Source of the DNA: a virus
DNA length: 64,000 nt
Virus record (IMG/VR): IMGVR_UViG_3300026488_000015
Span: 82,526 to 146,525 of that record
Strand: one strand, 5' to 3'
The notes under the pieces are model-generated. The model ran no database searches. It was not told the DNA's origin and worked only from the letters and a program-made list of their open reading frames with translations. Position 1 is the first letter of the stretch. Each line of letters starts with the position of its first letter. The position numbers and the translations under genes were made by a program. Positions 53,643 through 63,028 of the stretch are shown here, one piece after another.

Positions 53643-54518
53643 TTAAATTTCTGAGGTGTCAAATTCTTGACCTTTTTTGACCAGTCCAGCGAAACCATCT
53701 TCTTGAACCATTTGATTTACTTCATTGTATGTTTTACTTCCTAACATATAATGATACAGATACATTTTTGCTCTTGTATGGCTATCAAGTTCTAATAGTT
53801 GTCTATACTGAGCGTGAACACTATTTGGATACTCAGCGAACTCGCAATCGTGAAATATAATATCACTTTGTTGAAAATATGTAAGCATCTGATTAGGCGC
53901 GAACTGTGAGTCTCCACTAATAAAAACAGTCTTATCATCATCTTCAAACATTAAACCATAGCTAGGTACAATAGAACGATTATCTACAATATGAACTGTT
54001 TGAATGGGTCTGATTTCTGTACCGTAGAACTCAAAAGTATCATTATTACTCATATACTCTGTATCAAAATATGTCTCTAATGTATTTGTTTGACCTTGAA
54101 TAGATTCTAAACCACCTCTCCAAGTTTTGTCCCAACCATTAAATAAGATAGATTTATGAGCATATAGATTAGGTCTCATTGAACCGAATTCAGTCTTACC
54201 GAAATTAAATACTTCAAAATATGTCTTGAAAGCAATATACTCGATACCACCAGCGTGGTCTCCGTGCAGATGTGAAATGTAAATACTATCTAAATCTTGA
54301 GGTTTTAAACCTGCTTCATCAAGAGCATCAGGAATCGTTGTACCTACATCATAAAGAAGATGTTTTGTTTCTATATTTCTTTGAATCATTCCAGGCATAC
54401 CTGCTGGAGTGTCAATCTTTTTTCTTACTTCAGTATCTTTACTAAGTAAAATATTACTCTGATAGTTTTCTTTCCCTAATACGAAAGCACTACCACTTCC
54501 TAAAAATTTAATCTTCAT
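53643..54518 (-). CDS. Metallo-beta-lactamase-fold cyclic nucleotide phosphodiesterase, Apyc1-like
   Basis: LGSGSAF, HLHGDHAGG, W....RGGL, SGDS, FHDC, VHA...LL, YLYHY. Confidence 0.75.
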   Translation of the reverse strand: MKIKFLGSGSAFVLGKENYQSNILLSKDTEVRKKIDTPAGMPGMIQRNIETKHLLYDVGTTIPDALDEAGLKPQDLDSIYISHLHGDHAGGIEYIAFKTYFEVFNFGKTEFGSMRPNLYAHKSILFNGWDKTWRGGLESIQGQTNTLETYFDTEYMSNNDTFEFYGTEIRPIQTVHIVDNRSIVPSYGLMFEDDDKTVFISGDSQFAPNQMLTYFQQSDIIFHDCEFAEYPNSVHAQYRQLLELDSHTRAKMYLYHYMLGSKTYNEVNQMVQEDGFAGLVKKGQEFDTSEI

Positions 54519-54552
54519 TTGTTATCCTTTTTAATAGCAAGTTACATCGATA

Positions 54553-55014
54553 CTAAATACTGCATATTTTTTCTTTTTGGCAAAAATATTGTAAAATACC
54601 ATAAAGATTACTATCTAAAATGAATGAAATTTCATCTATGGTCTCGTGGTTCATTTTATCTGGACATAATTCTTTAATCATAGCAATCTTTAAGTGAGTA
54701 CAAATCATAAAAACATCGGGCGGTGTAATTTCGAGAGCCTCAAACACTTCTAGCATATGAAGCATAACCGGGCATTCACCTATCGGTGATTCTTTATTTG
54801 CTACACCTAGAAAATACTTGATGATGTTAGGCGCAAAAGACTTTCTGAAGCTTTCTTCAGAAAGTTGTGTTTTATAAAATACTTCTTGGACTAAGGGTGC
54901 TGAGAGCCAAGAGTCGATGATTACTTTCTCGCGAGTAGTAATCTCGCCTTCTATAAGTTTTATATTGTGAAACAATGTTTCTCCTTTATGCTGATTGTAG
55001 CTGATTTTGTTCAA
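54553..55014 (-). CDS. Stand-alone helical sensor-like domain (RsbRD_N/globin-like, tentative)
   Basis: IIDSW...IGECPVM..ML...DVFMIC..LK pattern reminiscent of N-terminal domains of Campylobacterota signalling proteins. Confidence 0.35.
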   Translation of the reverse strand: MNKISYNQHKGETLFHNIKLIEGEITTREKVIIDSWLSAPLVQEVFYKTQLSEESFRKSFAPNIIKYFLGVANKESPIGECPVMLHMLEVFEALEITPPDVFMICTHLKIAMIKELCPDKMNHETIDEISFILDSNLYGILQYFCQKEKICSI

Positions 55015-55451
55015 AAAAAGTAGTTAAAAAACCACCAACATATTTACCATCATCATCAAGTTCGTTACAATCATATAACATATCGATAAAATAATTTAAT
55101 AAGTATTCAGAAAGTTCTGTGTTCTCATCAGTTCTAAATTGGTGTTTTAATCCAACTGTACCATCATCATTGTAAAGTAACTCGACTCTTACATCGTGGT
55201 CTTCACCGATTACAAACGGATAATCGAAAATAGATACTGGATTCTCACCTGATACCCATAACGGGTGTTCAAACTCTTTATGATATAATGAAAATAAATC
55301 TGCACCATCTTCGATAAGTACTTGAAAGTTTTCTTCGTTCTCTGTGTTTACTGCGTTTTTTAGTTGATTACTCATTGTGAGTCCTTTGTTTGTTTATATG
55401 TAATATTATAACATACAAGACCTTAAAGGACACTTAAATACTAGAAAGAAC

Positions 55452-56030
55452 TTAAATTCTTTCTAAAATCACTCTCTCAGCAGATAAATCTCTTACCTCT
55501 GCATCAGATAATGAGAATTTCTCAGGATAACGAATCTTTAGTTTGTTCAAATTAATAGTCCAAACTTTTTCTTTTGTAATGTCGAGTTCTTCTTCAAGAC
55601 TACGAACGAAATAACATAATGAAGCATAAAATCTTGTAACTTGGTCAGCAAGAACATCTTTATCGTATTCTTTACCATAAAACATTGTTTTCTTGCACTT
55701 ATCTAGCATATCAGCAGATTGTGAGATTAGCGTTTTTGGTATACTAGAACAACCAATCTCTAAATCAGACTGAAGGTCGATTCTATCGATACCTAATTCA
55801 TCTAATAATACACCGGTGTACCAAAAAGCATCACCGATTTCTTCAGCAACATTTACAAAATCAATATGACTTCTTTCGTATGCCTCTGAAATCTCACCCA
55901 TTTCTGTTGAGATACCTACAATACCGTGTAACATTCTATTGGTTAAACCAAGAGCTACCGTACTCTCTGATAATGGTGCTTTACTCGATTCAGTTCTTTT
56001 ACATCCGTCTATATATTCTTTTAAATCCAT
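55452..56030 (-). CDS. MazG-like NTP pyrophosphohydrolase
   Basis: GISTEMGE, EEIGDAFWY, N.NKLK.RYPEKF. Confidence 0.8.
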   Translation of the reverse strand: MDLKEYIDGCKRTESSKAPLSESTVALGLTNRMLHGIVGISTEMGEISEAYERSHIDFVNVAEEIGDAFWYTGVLLDELGIDRIDLQSDLEIGCSSIPKTLISQSADMLDKCKKTMFYGKEYDKDVLADQVTRFYASLCYFVRSLEEELDITKEKVWTINLNKLKIRYPEKFSLSDAEVRDLSAERVILERI

Positions 56031-56049
56031 TTGTTTCCTTTTAGTTTGT

Positions 56050-56343
56050 TTAACAGTTTTCTAACAGCTCCAACCTAATAAGTTTCATAATTGAATGAAT
56101 TAGGTCTAAAGCTATCTTTTCTTTTTGTGGTTTGTTTAGTTTTGTGTTACGATTAGTAAAACCTTGTAGTAGCATATCATAGCAATCTAACAAAGCATTT
56201 AACTCATCGCAGTTCATCACACTTAAATCGTAGGTAGTAAGAGCATCTATATTATTTATTGTTTTAGAAGACATCTTAAGCCTAAAGGCATCTTTAAATT
56301 CAATACACTTGAAGCTCTCATCTATGAATTCACTAAACTTCAT
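56050..56343 (-). CDS. Hypothetical protein with CTS-like N-terminus
   Basis: Starts MKFSEFIDES. Confidence 0.55.
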   Translation of the reverse strand: MKFSEFIDESFKCIEFKDAFRLKMSSKTINNIDALTTYDLSVMNCDELNALLDCYDMLLQGFTNRNTKLNKPQKEKIALDLIHSIMKLIRLELLENC

Positions 56344-56606
56344 AGATGCCCTTGATAGTTTTTGATAGTTTACTCACTAGCTCTTTGTATTTCTTTGCTC
56401 GGAGTACACTTTTCCTCTTCTTTGAATCACCTATACTAAATATTTCGTTTAGATTAGCCATATAATAATCTACTTCTTCTGTTGTACATAAATCTTCAAG
56501 GGACATACTTCTTTCAAGATGCTCTATAAATAATTGATTCAGTTCTTCAGATTTCTCAGATTCAATAAGATAATCGACTTCTTCTCTATATGTCATAATA
56601 ACATCT

Positions 56607-56687
56607 TTAGTTTAGTGAGCCGCATTTAGGGCAGATTGTCTTTTGTTCTTTTTCAGTCTTACATTTTTTACAGATTTCGATTGCCAT
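56607..56687 (-). CDS. 26-aa zinc-ribbon micro-protein (not in ORF track)
   Basis: MAIEICKKCKTEKEQKTICPKCGSLN, with AAGGA RBS and early promoter directly upstream. Confidence 0.6.
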   Translation of the reverse strand: MAIEICKKCKTEKEQKTICPKCGSLN

Positions 56688-56745
56688 TTGAGTCCTTTGT
56701 TTGTTGATTAGTATTATAACACATTAGTACTTAATACTGTGAAGC

Positions 56746-59106
56746 CTAAGAACAGCTTTCACACGCGTATTCTTCGGCTCCATCTTTTTGTTGCTTCAAA
56801 TAATAGTAAGTTCGTAAGCCTAAGAAGAACCCATATAAGTGAATTCTCGACATTTCATTAAGTGAATCAGGTCGTTTAATATAAACATTAACTGACTGCG
56901 ATTGGTCTAACCACTTTTGTCTTACTGCCGCATTTTCGATTAACTTGTACATATTACATTCGAAGGCTGGCTTATACCACTGATTGTTCAATCTAAAGTT
57001 GCTAACTAAAGTAGGAATAGTCATTGTGCCCTCTTCCTTGTAGAAGAACTCATTTATAGGTTCAGTTGATTCAGTTGCATTGATAGCTTTACCTGAAGTT
57101 GCTGTAGGCGCAATTGCCATTAACTGTGCATTTCTAATACCATTGATAGATATTTCTTGACCTAGTTTATCCCATCTGTCCATATTTACTTCGTACTTCG
57201 TAAGCTTAGTAGCTTCTTTGTTAGCTTTATGAATAGGTAAGATACCTTTTGACCAATCAGTCTCATAGAATTTCTCGAAACGACCTTTCTCTTTAGCTAG
57301 TTCCATTGATACTGTTGTAATCATAAAGGCTAAATCATCAAATAATTCATCTGTTTTCTCTAACGCTTCTTGCGTATCAATAACGATTTTGTTAAGAGCC
57401 AAATAGTTAGCAAAGTTAAGTACTCCAATACCTAAATATCTGTACATCATATTAGAGTTTTTACCCTCTTTAACTGGATAGTTAGCTTCATCGACCGTAT
57501 TATCAAGAGCTCTTACAAGCGTTCTAATTAACTGCCATTTTTCCTCTTCATCCATATAAAACCATTTTTCAAGATTTACTGAAGAAAGGTTACATAAAGC
57601 AATTTCTCCTGCTGTATATCTCTTAACGATTCTCTTCTCGCCATCTTCCATTGTTACTAGTTCCTCGTTGATAAGCTCACTAGGACGACTTGGTAACAAG
57701 ATTTCAGTACATAGATTACTTGAACCTATATAACGGTTTAGCTGTGTGTTTTCATTAACATTTTCTTCGTGAAATAAGTAAATATTTCCCGTTTCAGAAC
57801 GCTCTTTCATAACCTTAGCCCATAAAGTCCGAGCTTTCACTTTCTTCTTTCTGATACTAGATTTTTGTGAGTACTCTTCATAAATAGCATCAAATTCATC
57901 TCCATACACACCAATTAATTTAGGTGTATCTTTCGGGTCGAATAAGAATATCTCACCATCTTCAATAATCTTGTTAATGAAAAGTCTATTAAGCTTAATA
58001 GCATATTGTAAACCTCTAGCACGATTCTCATCTGTACCACCATTAGATTTAAGTGATAGCATATCATCGACATCTAAATGCCACCAAGAGAAATATACAG
58101 CTAATGCACCTGGTCGTTTACCACCTTGATTCCAAGCTTTCATAATCGATTCATAGAATTTCATAAATGGAACTGGTCCTGATGAATATCCTTGTGTACC
58201 CTCAATATATGAACCTTTAGCTCTCATTGAAGAAGCATCTAGTGCTGTTCCACCCTTGTACTTTGAGTAAATACCTAAGTTTTTACCAGTGTCTAGGATG
58301 TTGTGTGAGTCATCGCTTAGTGTATTTAATACACAACTAGATAACTGTTGTCCCGGTGTTAAAGCGTTAAGGATAATAGGTGTAGCTACTGTGTATTCGT
58401 GCTTCGATATAGCATCGTACTCTTCGATAACTTTTGCTACTCTGTCTTCTTCATTAATCATAAGAGCCATTGCAACTCTCATATAAGATATTTGAGGAAG
58501 TTCAAGTTTCTTAGTCTTTGTGTAATTTAAACAATATTTGTCGAAAAATGTTACTAGACCTTTATAGTTAAAAATTAAATCTCTCTCAGGTTTAAGAGCA
58601 TCATTAAGTGCTATGATTTCATCTACTGTGTATTTCATTACAGAAACTTTATCATAAATCTTGTTTTCAACACCTTTATCCATAATATCTAAAAGAGAAG
58701 GATATTCTTTATGATTACTAATGTTATAAGTTTCTTTATAGTAAGACAATAATTGTAGTTTTGCTGCAACCATTTCCCAAGCTGGGTTTAACATACTAAT
58801 CTTATTAACAGCAGTAACGATTAACTGTTGGTACATATCTTGAATCTTAATCTTTTTATGAAGTTTAATTTCAGTATCTCTAAGAAGTTCTTCTTTCATA
58901 AATTCATTAGGACAAGCCCACTCTAAAACTTTATCAAGCTTCTTAGGCTTAAATGGTTCTTCGTGACCTTTTCTTTTAATAATGATAATCTTATTAGCTT
59001 TCATTGCATCTTGATTACTAATTTCAATGCTCTCTTTATTTTGGACAGCATTGTTAAGGCCTGCTAGTGAGACCTTATTGTATCTTTTTTGTTTGTTTTT
59101 ACTCAT
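56746..59106 (-). CDS. nrdA: Ribonucleotide reductase class Ia alpha subunit
   Basis: ATP-cone, ATPI, SSC, SNLCTEI, CNL, APTATS, terminal CESCS. Confidence 0.95.
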   Translation of the reverse strand: MSKNKQKRYNKVSLAGLNNAVQNKESIEISNQDAMKANKIIIIKRKGHEEPFKPKKLDKVLEWACPNEFMKEELLRDTEIKLHKKIKIQDMYQQLIVTAVNKISMLNPAWEMVAAKLQLLSYYKETYNISNHKEYPSLLDIMDKGVENKIYDKVSVMKYTVDEIIALNDALKPERDLIFNYKGLVTFFDKYCLNYTKTKKLELPQISYMRVAMALMINEEDRVAKVIEEYDAISKHEYTVATPIILNALTPGQQLSSCVLNTLSDDSHNILDTGKNLGIYSKYKGGTALDASSMRAKGSYIEGTQGYSSGPVPFMKFYESIMKAWNQGGKRPGALAVYFSWWHLDVDDMLSLKSNGGTDENRARGLQYAIKLNRLFINKIIEDGEIFLFDPKDTPKLIGVYGDEFDAIYEEYSQKSSIRKKKVKARTLWAKVMKERSETGNIYLFHEENVNENTQLNRYIGSSNLCTEILLPSRPSELINEELVTMEDGEKRIVKRYTAGEIALCNLSSVNLEKWFYMDEEEKWQLIRTLVRALDNTVDEANYPVKEGKNSNMMYRYLGIGVLNFANYLALNKIVIDTQEALEKTDELFDDLAFMITTVSMELAKEKGRFEKFYETDWSKGILPIHKANKEATKLTKYEVNMDRWDKLGQEISINGIRNAQLMAIAPTATSGKAINATESTEPINEFFYKEEGTMTIPTLVSNFRLNNQWYKPAFECNMYKLIENAAVRQKWLDQSQSVNVYIKRPDSLNEMSRIHLYGFFLGLRTYYYLKQQKDGAEEYACESCS

Positions 59107-60304
59107 TTGAGCTCCTTACATCTTCATCGATTAATTGCTTAACTTCGATATTAATATCATTGATACTTTCTCGATAGAATTTCTTGAAAATTTCTTTTCT
59201 ATCTTCTGGAATAAACGAGAAATCATCTGACATATCATCTTGCATAATACCGATTGAATATGCAGTTCCTTCAGCTTCTTGTTGTGCTGTGTTGTCTTTG
59301 TTAATATCTTTGTAAGACTCAAACCATTGTACAACATCTGTTTTTTCTTGCCCGAATGCCTTCTCGACACCGATTGATGCTAATCTATCATCAACATAGT
59401 ATTTCATAAACTGCTCAACAACCGGCTCAGTAAGAGTAGGAATATCTCCAAAACTTAATAAGTATCTAGTAAATTCCATTTCATCTTTAAGCACATCTGT
59501 GAATACTTTTGTAGCCATTTCAGTAAACCAATCAGATTTAATAAGGTCCGAGAACCCTTCATCTGTACTTCTTCTAAGAATCTGAATAGTACCCGAAATC
59601 ATCGAGGTATGTAAATCTTCATCAAAGTTGATAAGTTTAATGATTCTAGCAGCGCCTTGAATTTTGTTGTTATAAGAGTTGTTAATAATATAAGTAACCA
59701 AAAATGATACTTGAAACTTAATTCCCTCTAAAGCAAGAATACTAACTAATAGCTCTAAGATTAATTTTTTCTTCTCTGTTTCATCTGTGATGCTATCAAT
59801 ATTCTTTACACGAGCATAAAGTTTGATTTCTTTATCTACACGCTTTTGAATCTCAGGATAGTCACCAATCTTATCAAAGATTACGCTTGAATCAGCAAAT
59901 ATCCCTCTAAGAATATGAGAATAGCTAAGTGAGTGTATTAACTCGAAATAACCTTGAGTCTTGAACATAGCTTCAAATTCTGGGTTCGTACATAGAGAAG
60001 CAAGTACTTCCTCTAAACCACTGTTTTGTGCTGAGTCCATTAATGTCTGAAACAACCATATCCTAATCATCACTTCTTGAATAAATTCAGGTAGCTCAAA
60101 GAATTTGATGGCATCACTAGTCATCGAAATTTCTTTGGGATTCCAAAACGCATTTCTTTGTTTTTCTTCCATTGTAACAGCAAATTTATAAGTTGGATTG
60201 TCGTATCGTTGAAAACCTGAATATTCACCGAAGAATATTTTTTCTTTCTGTTTTTCAGGTACTAGGTTTGTAGTACATAAAATTGTTTTGCAAGAACTGC
60301 CCAT
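59099..60304 (-). CDS. nrdB: Ribonucleotide reductase class Ia beta subunit
   Basis: FW.P.E, DSAQ, ELIHSLSY, LEGIKF, DEDLH. Confidence 0.93.
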   Translation of the reverse strand: MGSSCKTILCTTNLVPEKQKEKIFFGEYSGFQRYDNPTYKFAVTMEEKQRNAFWNPKEISMTSDAIKFFELPEFIQEVMIRIWLFQTLMDSAQNSGLEEVLASLCTNPEFEAMFKTQGYFELIHSLSYSHILRGIFADSSVIFDKIGDYPEIQKRVDKEIKLYARVKNIDSITDETEKKKLILELLVSILALEGIKFQVSFLVTYIINNSYNNKIQGAARIIKLINFDEDLHTSMISGTIQILRRSTDEGFSDLIKSDWFTEMATKVFTDVLKDEMEFTRYLLSFGDIPTLTEPVVEQFMKYYVDDRLASIGVEKAFGQEKTDVVQWFESYKDINKDNTAQQEAEGTAYSIGIMQDDMSDDFSFIPEDRKEIFKKFYRESINDINIEVKQLIDEDVRSSNE

Positions 60305-60725
60305 TTATTTTCCTTTTTGTAGTAACTTTATTTATCAGTCCTTGAGGTCTTCTAACATTTGCTCTCGTTCTTCTGGTGTTTGATTTTTATGAAAATCTGC
60401 TATCTCTTTCTCTTGCAACCCAATGTTTCCTTGAATATACTCGTTTGTATGATTCAGGATACCATAAGAATCGCCTAGACAAATAGCATAAACTTCATCT
60501 TTTGCTGCTTCATCTAATTCTTGATACTCACTAGTAATTGTTGAGTTAGCTTTCTTAAAATATCGTTTAAAAGTCTTTTTCGTACCTTTAAATACTATAC
60601 CCTCTCCAATCTCACCTTCACCAGTATTATCAAGATTTTCTTTTGATGATACATATACACACATTTTGCTATCACTATAAAGAAGCTCTACGACTTCTTT
60701 AGTTTTTTTATTCACATATAACATT

Positions 60726-61367
60726 TTACTTTCCTACGACTTTATCTGCGAGACCCATTTCAATTGCTTCTTCAGCAGATAACCATCTATCTCTTGAAGT
60801 AAATTCTGTAAATGATTCTAAATTAAATTCAGTCATTCTTGTTTTCTCTAAGATGATTGCTTTACCATTTTCTGTGATTTTGTCTTTTGAATTATCAAAC
60901 ATAATACTATGTAATCTTTCTTGAAGAAATTCTGTTTCTTTCATATCGATTCTTTGGTCGTGTACTGTACCACCCGTACCACTTGAAACTGAATGAATCA
61001 TTACTCTTGCTTCTGGTGTAACTGCTCTAATACCAGTACCACTCGATAATAAGAAAGCACCCATTGATGCCGCCATACCTGAAACGATAATGTTTACTTT
61101 ACATTTTAGTGAGTTAATAGTATCAAAGATGGCAAGACCATCATAAACTGACCCACCTGGAGAGTTTACATATAAATTAATATCTTTTGTATTGTCTACA
61201 CTATCTAAGTACATAAGTTGCATATTTACAAAGTAAGCCATTTCAGAAGAAACGCCTCCATTTAAAAAAACTATTCTATCTTGAATTAATCTACTTGGTA
61301 AATCAAACTGTGTTTTCGCTCTTCCATCATTCTCTATTACCGATGGTAAAAATGTCATTGTATTCAT
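60726..61367 (-). CDS. clpP: ATP-dependent Clp protease proteolytic subunit
   Basis: SRL..DRIVFL, YVNSPGGSV, AASMGAFLL, MIH, RDRWLSAEEA...GLAD (Ser-His-Asp triad present). Confidence 0.93.
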   Translation of the reverse strand: MNTMTFLPSVIENDGRAKTQFDLPSRLIQDRIVFLNGGVSSEMAYFVNMQLMYLDSVDNTKDINLYVNSPGGSVYDGLAIFDTINSLKCKVNIIVSGMAASMGAFLLSSGTGIRAVTPEARVMIHSVSSGTGGTVHDQRIDMKETEFLQERLHSIMFDNSKDKITENGKAIILEKTRMTEFNLESFTEFTSRDRWLSAEEAIEMGLADKVVGK

Positions 61368-61561
61368 ATCTTTCCTTTAATTTGTTGTTTGTTGAAGTAG
61401 TATTATAACATACCAGGACTTAATTTTCTAATCTTTCTCGATTGTCGTGTCACCGTTCGTACTTTTGTTGTTTTTGATTTCTGTCTTCACTTCATCAGCA
61501 GCAGACACGAATGCTGTGATAACGATAAACATAACCAAAAATAATATAACCATAAAAAATA

Positions 61562-62086
61562 CTAGCATCTTTCAATTTCTCCTCTCTTGTTTTTCTTGTT
61601 TACTAATATACCGTCTGCTAGATTAAACATATCTTCTATATTTGTGAGCTTGTCTACAATAGTGCTTGACAACCCGTATTCAGAAGATGATATAGCTTCT
61701 AGCTTATCAGAAGTATCTTGCGTTTCTACGCCTTGTTTAAGGATGAAAAATTCATCACCTGATGTCCTATATATTTCAGAACAAGGGAAGGTCGATTGTA
61801 GTTCGCTGGCTACATCCTTGATGAACTCATCACCCGCTAGAAAACCTCTTTCTCTGTTGATAGCGTGTAAACCATTCAAATCAACAATACCTAACATAAA
61901 ATCACGACTAAAATACACATACTCGTGCCACAGCTCATCCAATCTACGATTAAAATCCAAACGACCTTTGAGGTTAGTCATTGAACAATATTTGTATTCT
62001 TTAATCTGAATCTTAAGCTTTTCATTCTCTGCCTGTAGCCTATGCATTTCGTCCATCATTTCTTCGTTAGTCATTTCGCTATTCAT
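61562..62086 (-). CDS. GGDEF-domain protein (SGDEF variant) with N-terminal coiled coil
   Basis: DLNGL..IN...G...GD, YRTSGDEF, AD. Confidence 0.8.
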   Translation of the reverse strand: MNSEMTNEEMMDEMHRLQAENEKLKIQIKEYKYCSMTNLKGRLDFNRRLDELWHEYVYFSRDFMLGIVDLNGLHAINRERGFLAGDEFIKDVASELQSTFPCSEIYRTSGDEFFILKQGVETQDTSDKLEAISSSEYGLSSTIVDKLTNIEDMFNLADGILVNKKNKRGEIERC

Positions 62087-62289
62087 TAGAGAGTTTTACC
62101 ACACCAAGAACAACTAAACGAATAATGCCATTTACCCGTTGTCGGTGAGATATTTTTATAATGAATATATAATTCATTAGTATCACAAGATTTACAACCA
62201 GTACCCCATACATAATTTTTCCATATAAGGAGCGTTTCTGCTTCGATAATACTAATTTTTGTGTTTATTTGTTTAAACATATTTTCCCC

Positions 62290-62598
62290 TTATAAGAATA
62301 AATGCGGTTTTCTTTCCTTGATATTAGCTAATCTGTCTAGCAACTTCGACCAGTTTATATATTGGTCGCTTAGTTTTTTGATGGCATCCCTTGTGAAACG
62401 GACCTCTGCATCATCTAATGACAAATAAATGTCTTTGTGTTTAAATAAGTATTCTTTTTTATTTATAGCAATCCTGCAAGTCTTCGGCATTACCTTGATA
62501 ATCTCTCCTTCGAGAATCGTATCTGGTTTTGCTACCCAAACGGTGATACCACCAAAATCGCTCTTATTGTGGTATGAAGCAAGACTTTTTAATCTCAT
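62290..62598 (-). CDS. Hypothetical protein with PHLFL tag
   Basis: Ends ERKPHLFL. Confidence 0.65.
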   Translation of the reverse strand: MRLKSLASYHNKSDFGGITVWVAKPDTILEGEIIKVMPKTCRIAINKKEYLFKHKDIYLSLDDAEVRFTRDAIKKLSDQYINWSKLLDRLANIKERKPHLFL

Positions 62599-62939
62599 AG
62601 AAGCTCATCCGGGAAATTGTCTATAATGTATCTCATTTTTGTGATATGTTTTTGTACTCTCTTATCTGATTTACCATATTTTACAAATCTCTCTGATTGA
62701 ATATACTGAGCAAGAATATTAGTTTGTTTAATGTTCTCTGATTCGCATCCTTCTTCTATACTAAAATTTCTTATAGTGAATGGGTAATGAGAATCTATCA
62801 TAAAACCTGGGACATATTTCTTTGTCAAAAAGTTTGTAGCACTTGAACCAGGTAGTATAATTTCTTGGCATAGATTGCTCATTACTATCCTTCGTGGTCT
62901 ATGTTTTTTCATTACATCTCCAACAACCTTTTGTACCAA
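62595..62939 (-). CDS. Hypothetical protein with C-terminal tag; start uncertain
   Basis: Ends DNFPDELL. Confidence 0.55.
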   Translation of the reverse strand: MVQKVVGDVMKKHRPRRIVMSNLCQEIILPGSSATNFLTKKYVPGFMIDSHYPFTIRNFSIEEGCESENIKQTNILAQYIQSERFVKYGKSDKRVQKHITKMRYIIDNFPDELL

Positions 62940-63028
62940 ATTGTGGACCTCTCCATTGCCATTTAGAATGGCCGTCTGTTATCCACTCACCTACACTCAA
63001 ATCAAGTAATGGTTTAATATCACTCATA

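Noticed and set aside
56746-60304. Intron or intein in nrdA/nrdB
   Set aside because: Both ORFs are continuous and of normal length with catalytic motifs in place
4169-62939. PHLFL tag as a by-product of a DNA element (terminator or promoter) at gene ends
   Set aside because: The underlying codons vary synonymously, the frame relative to the stop is fixed, and substitutions are conservative at protein level
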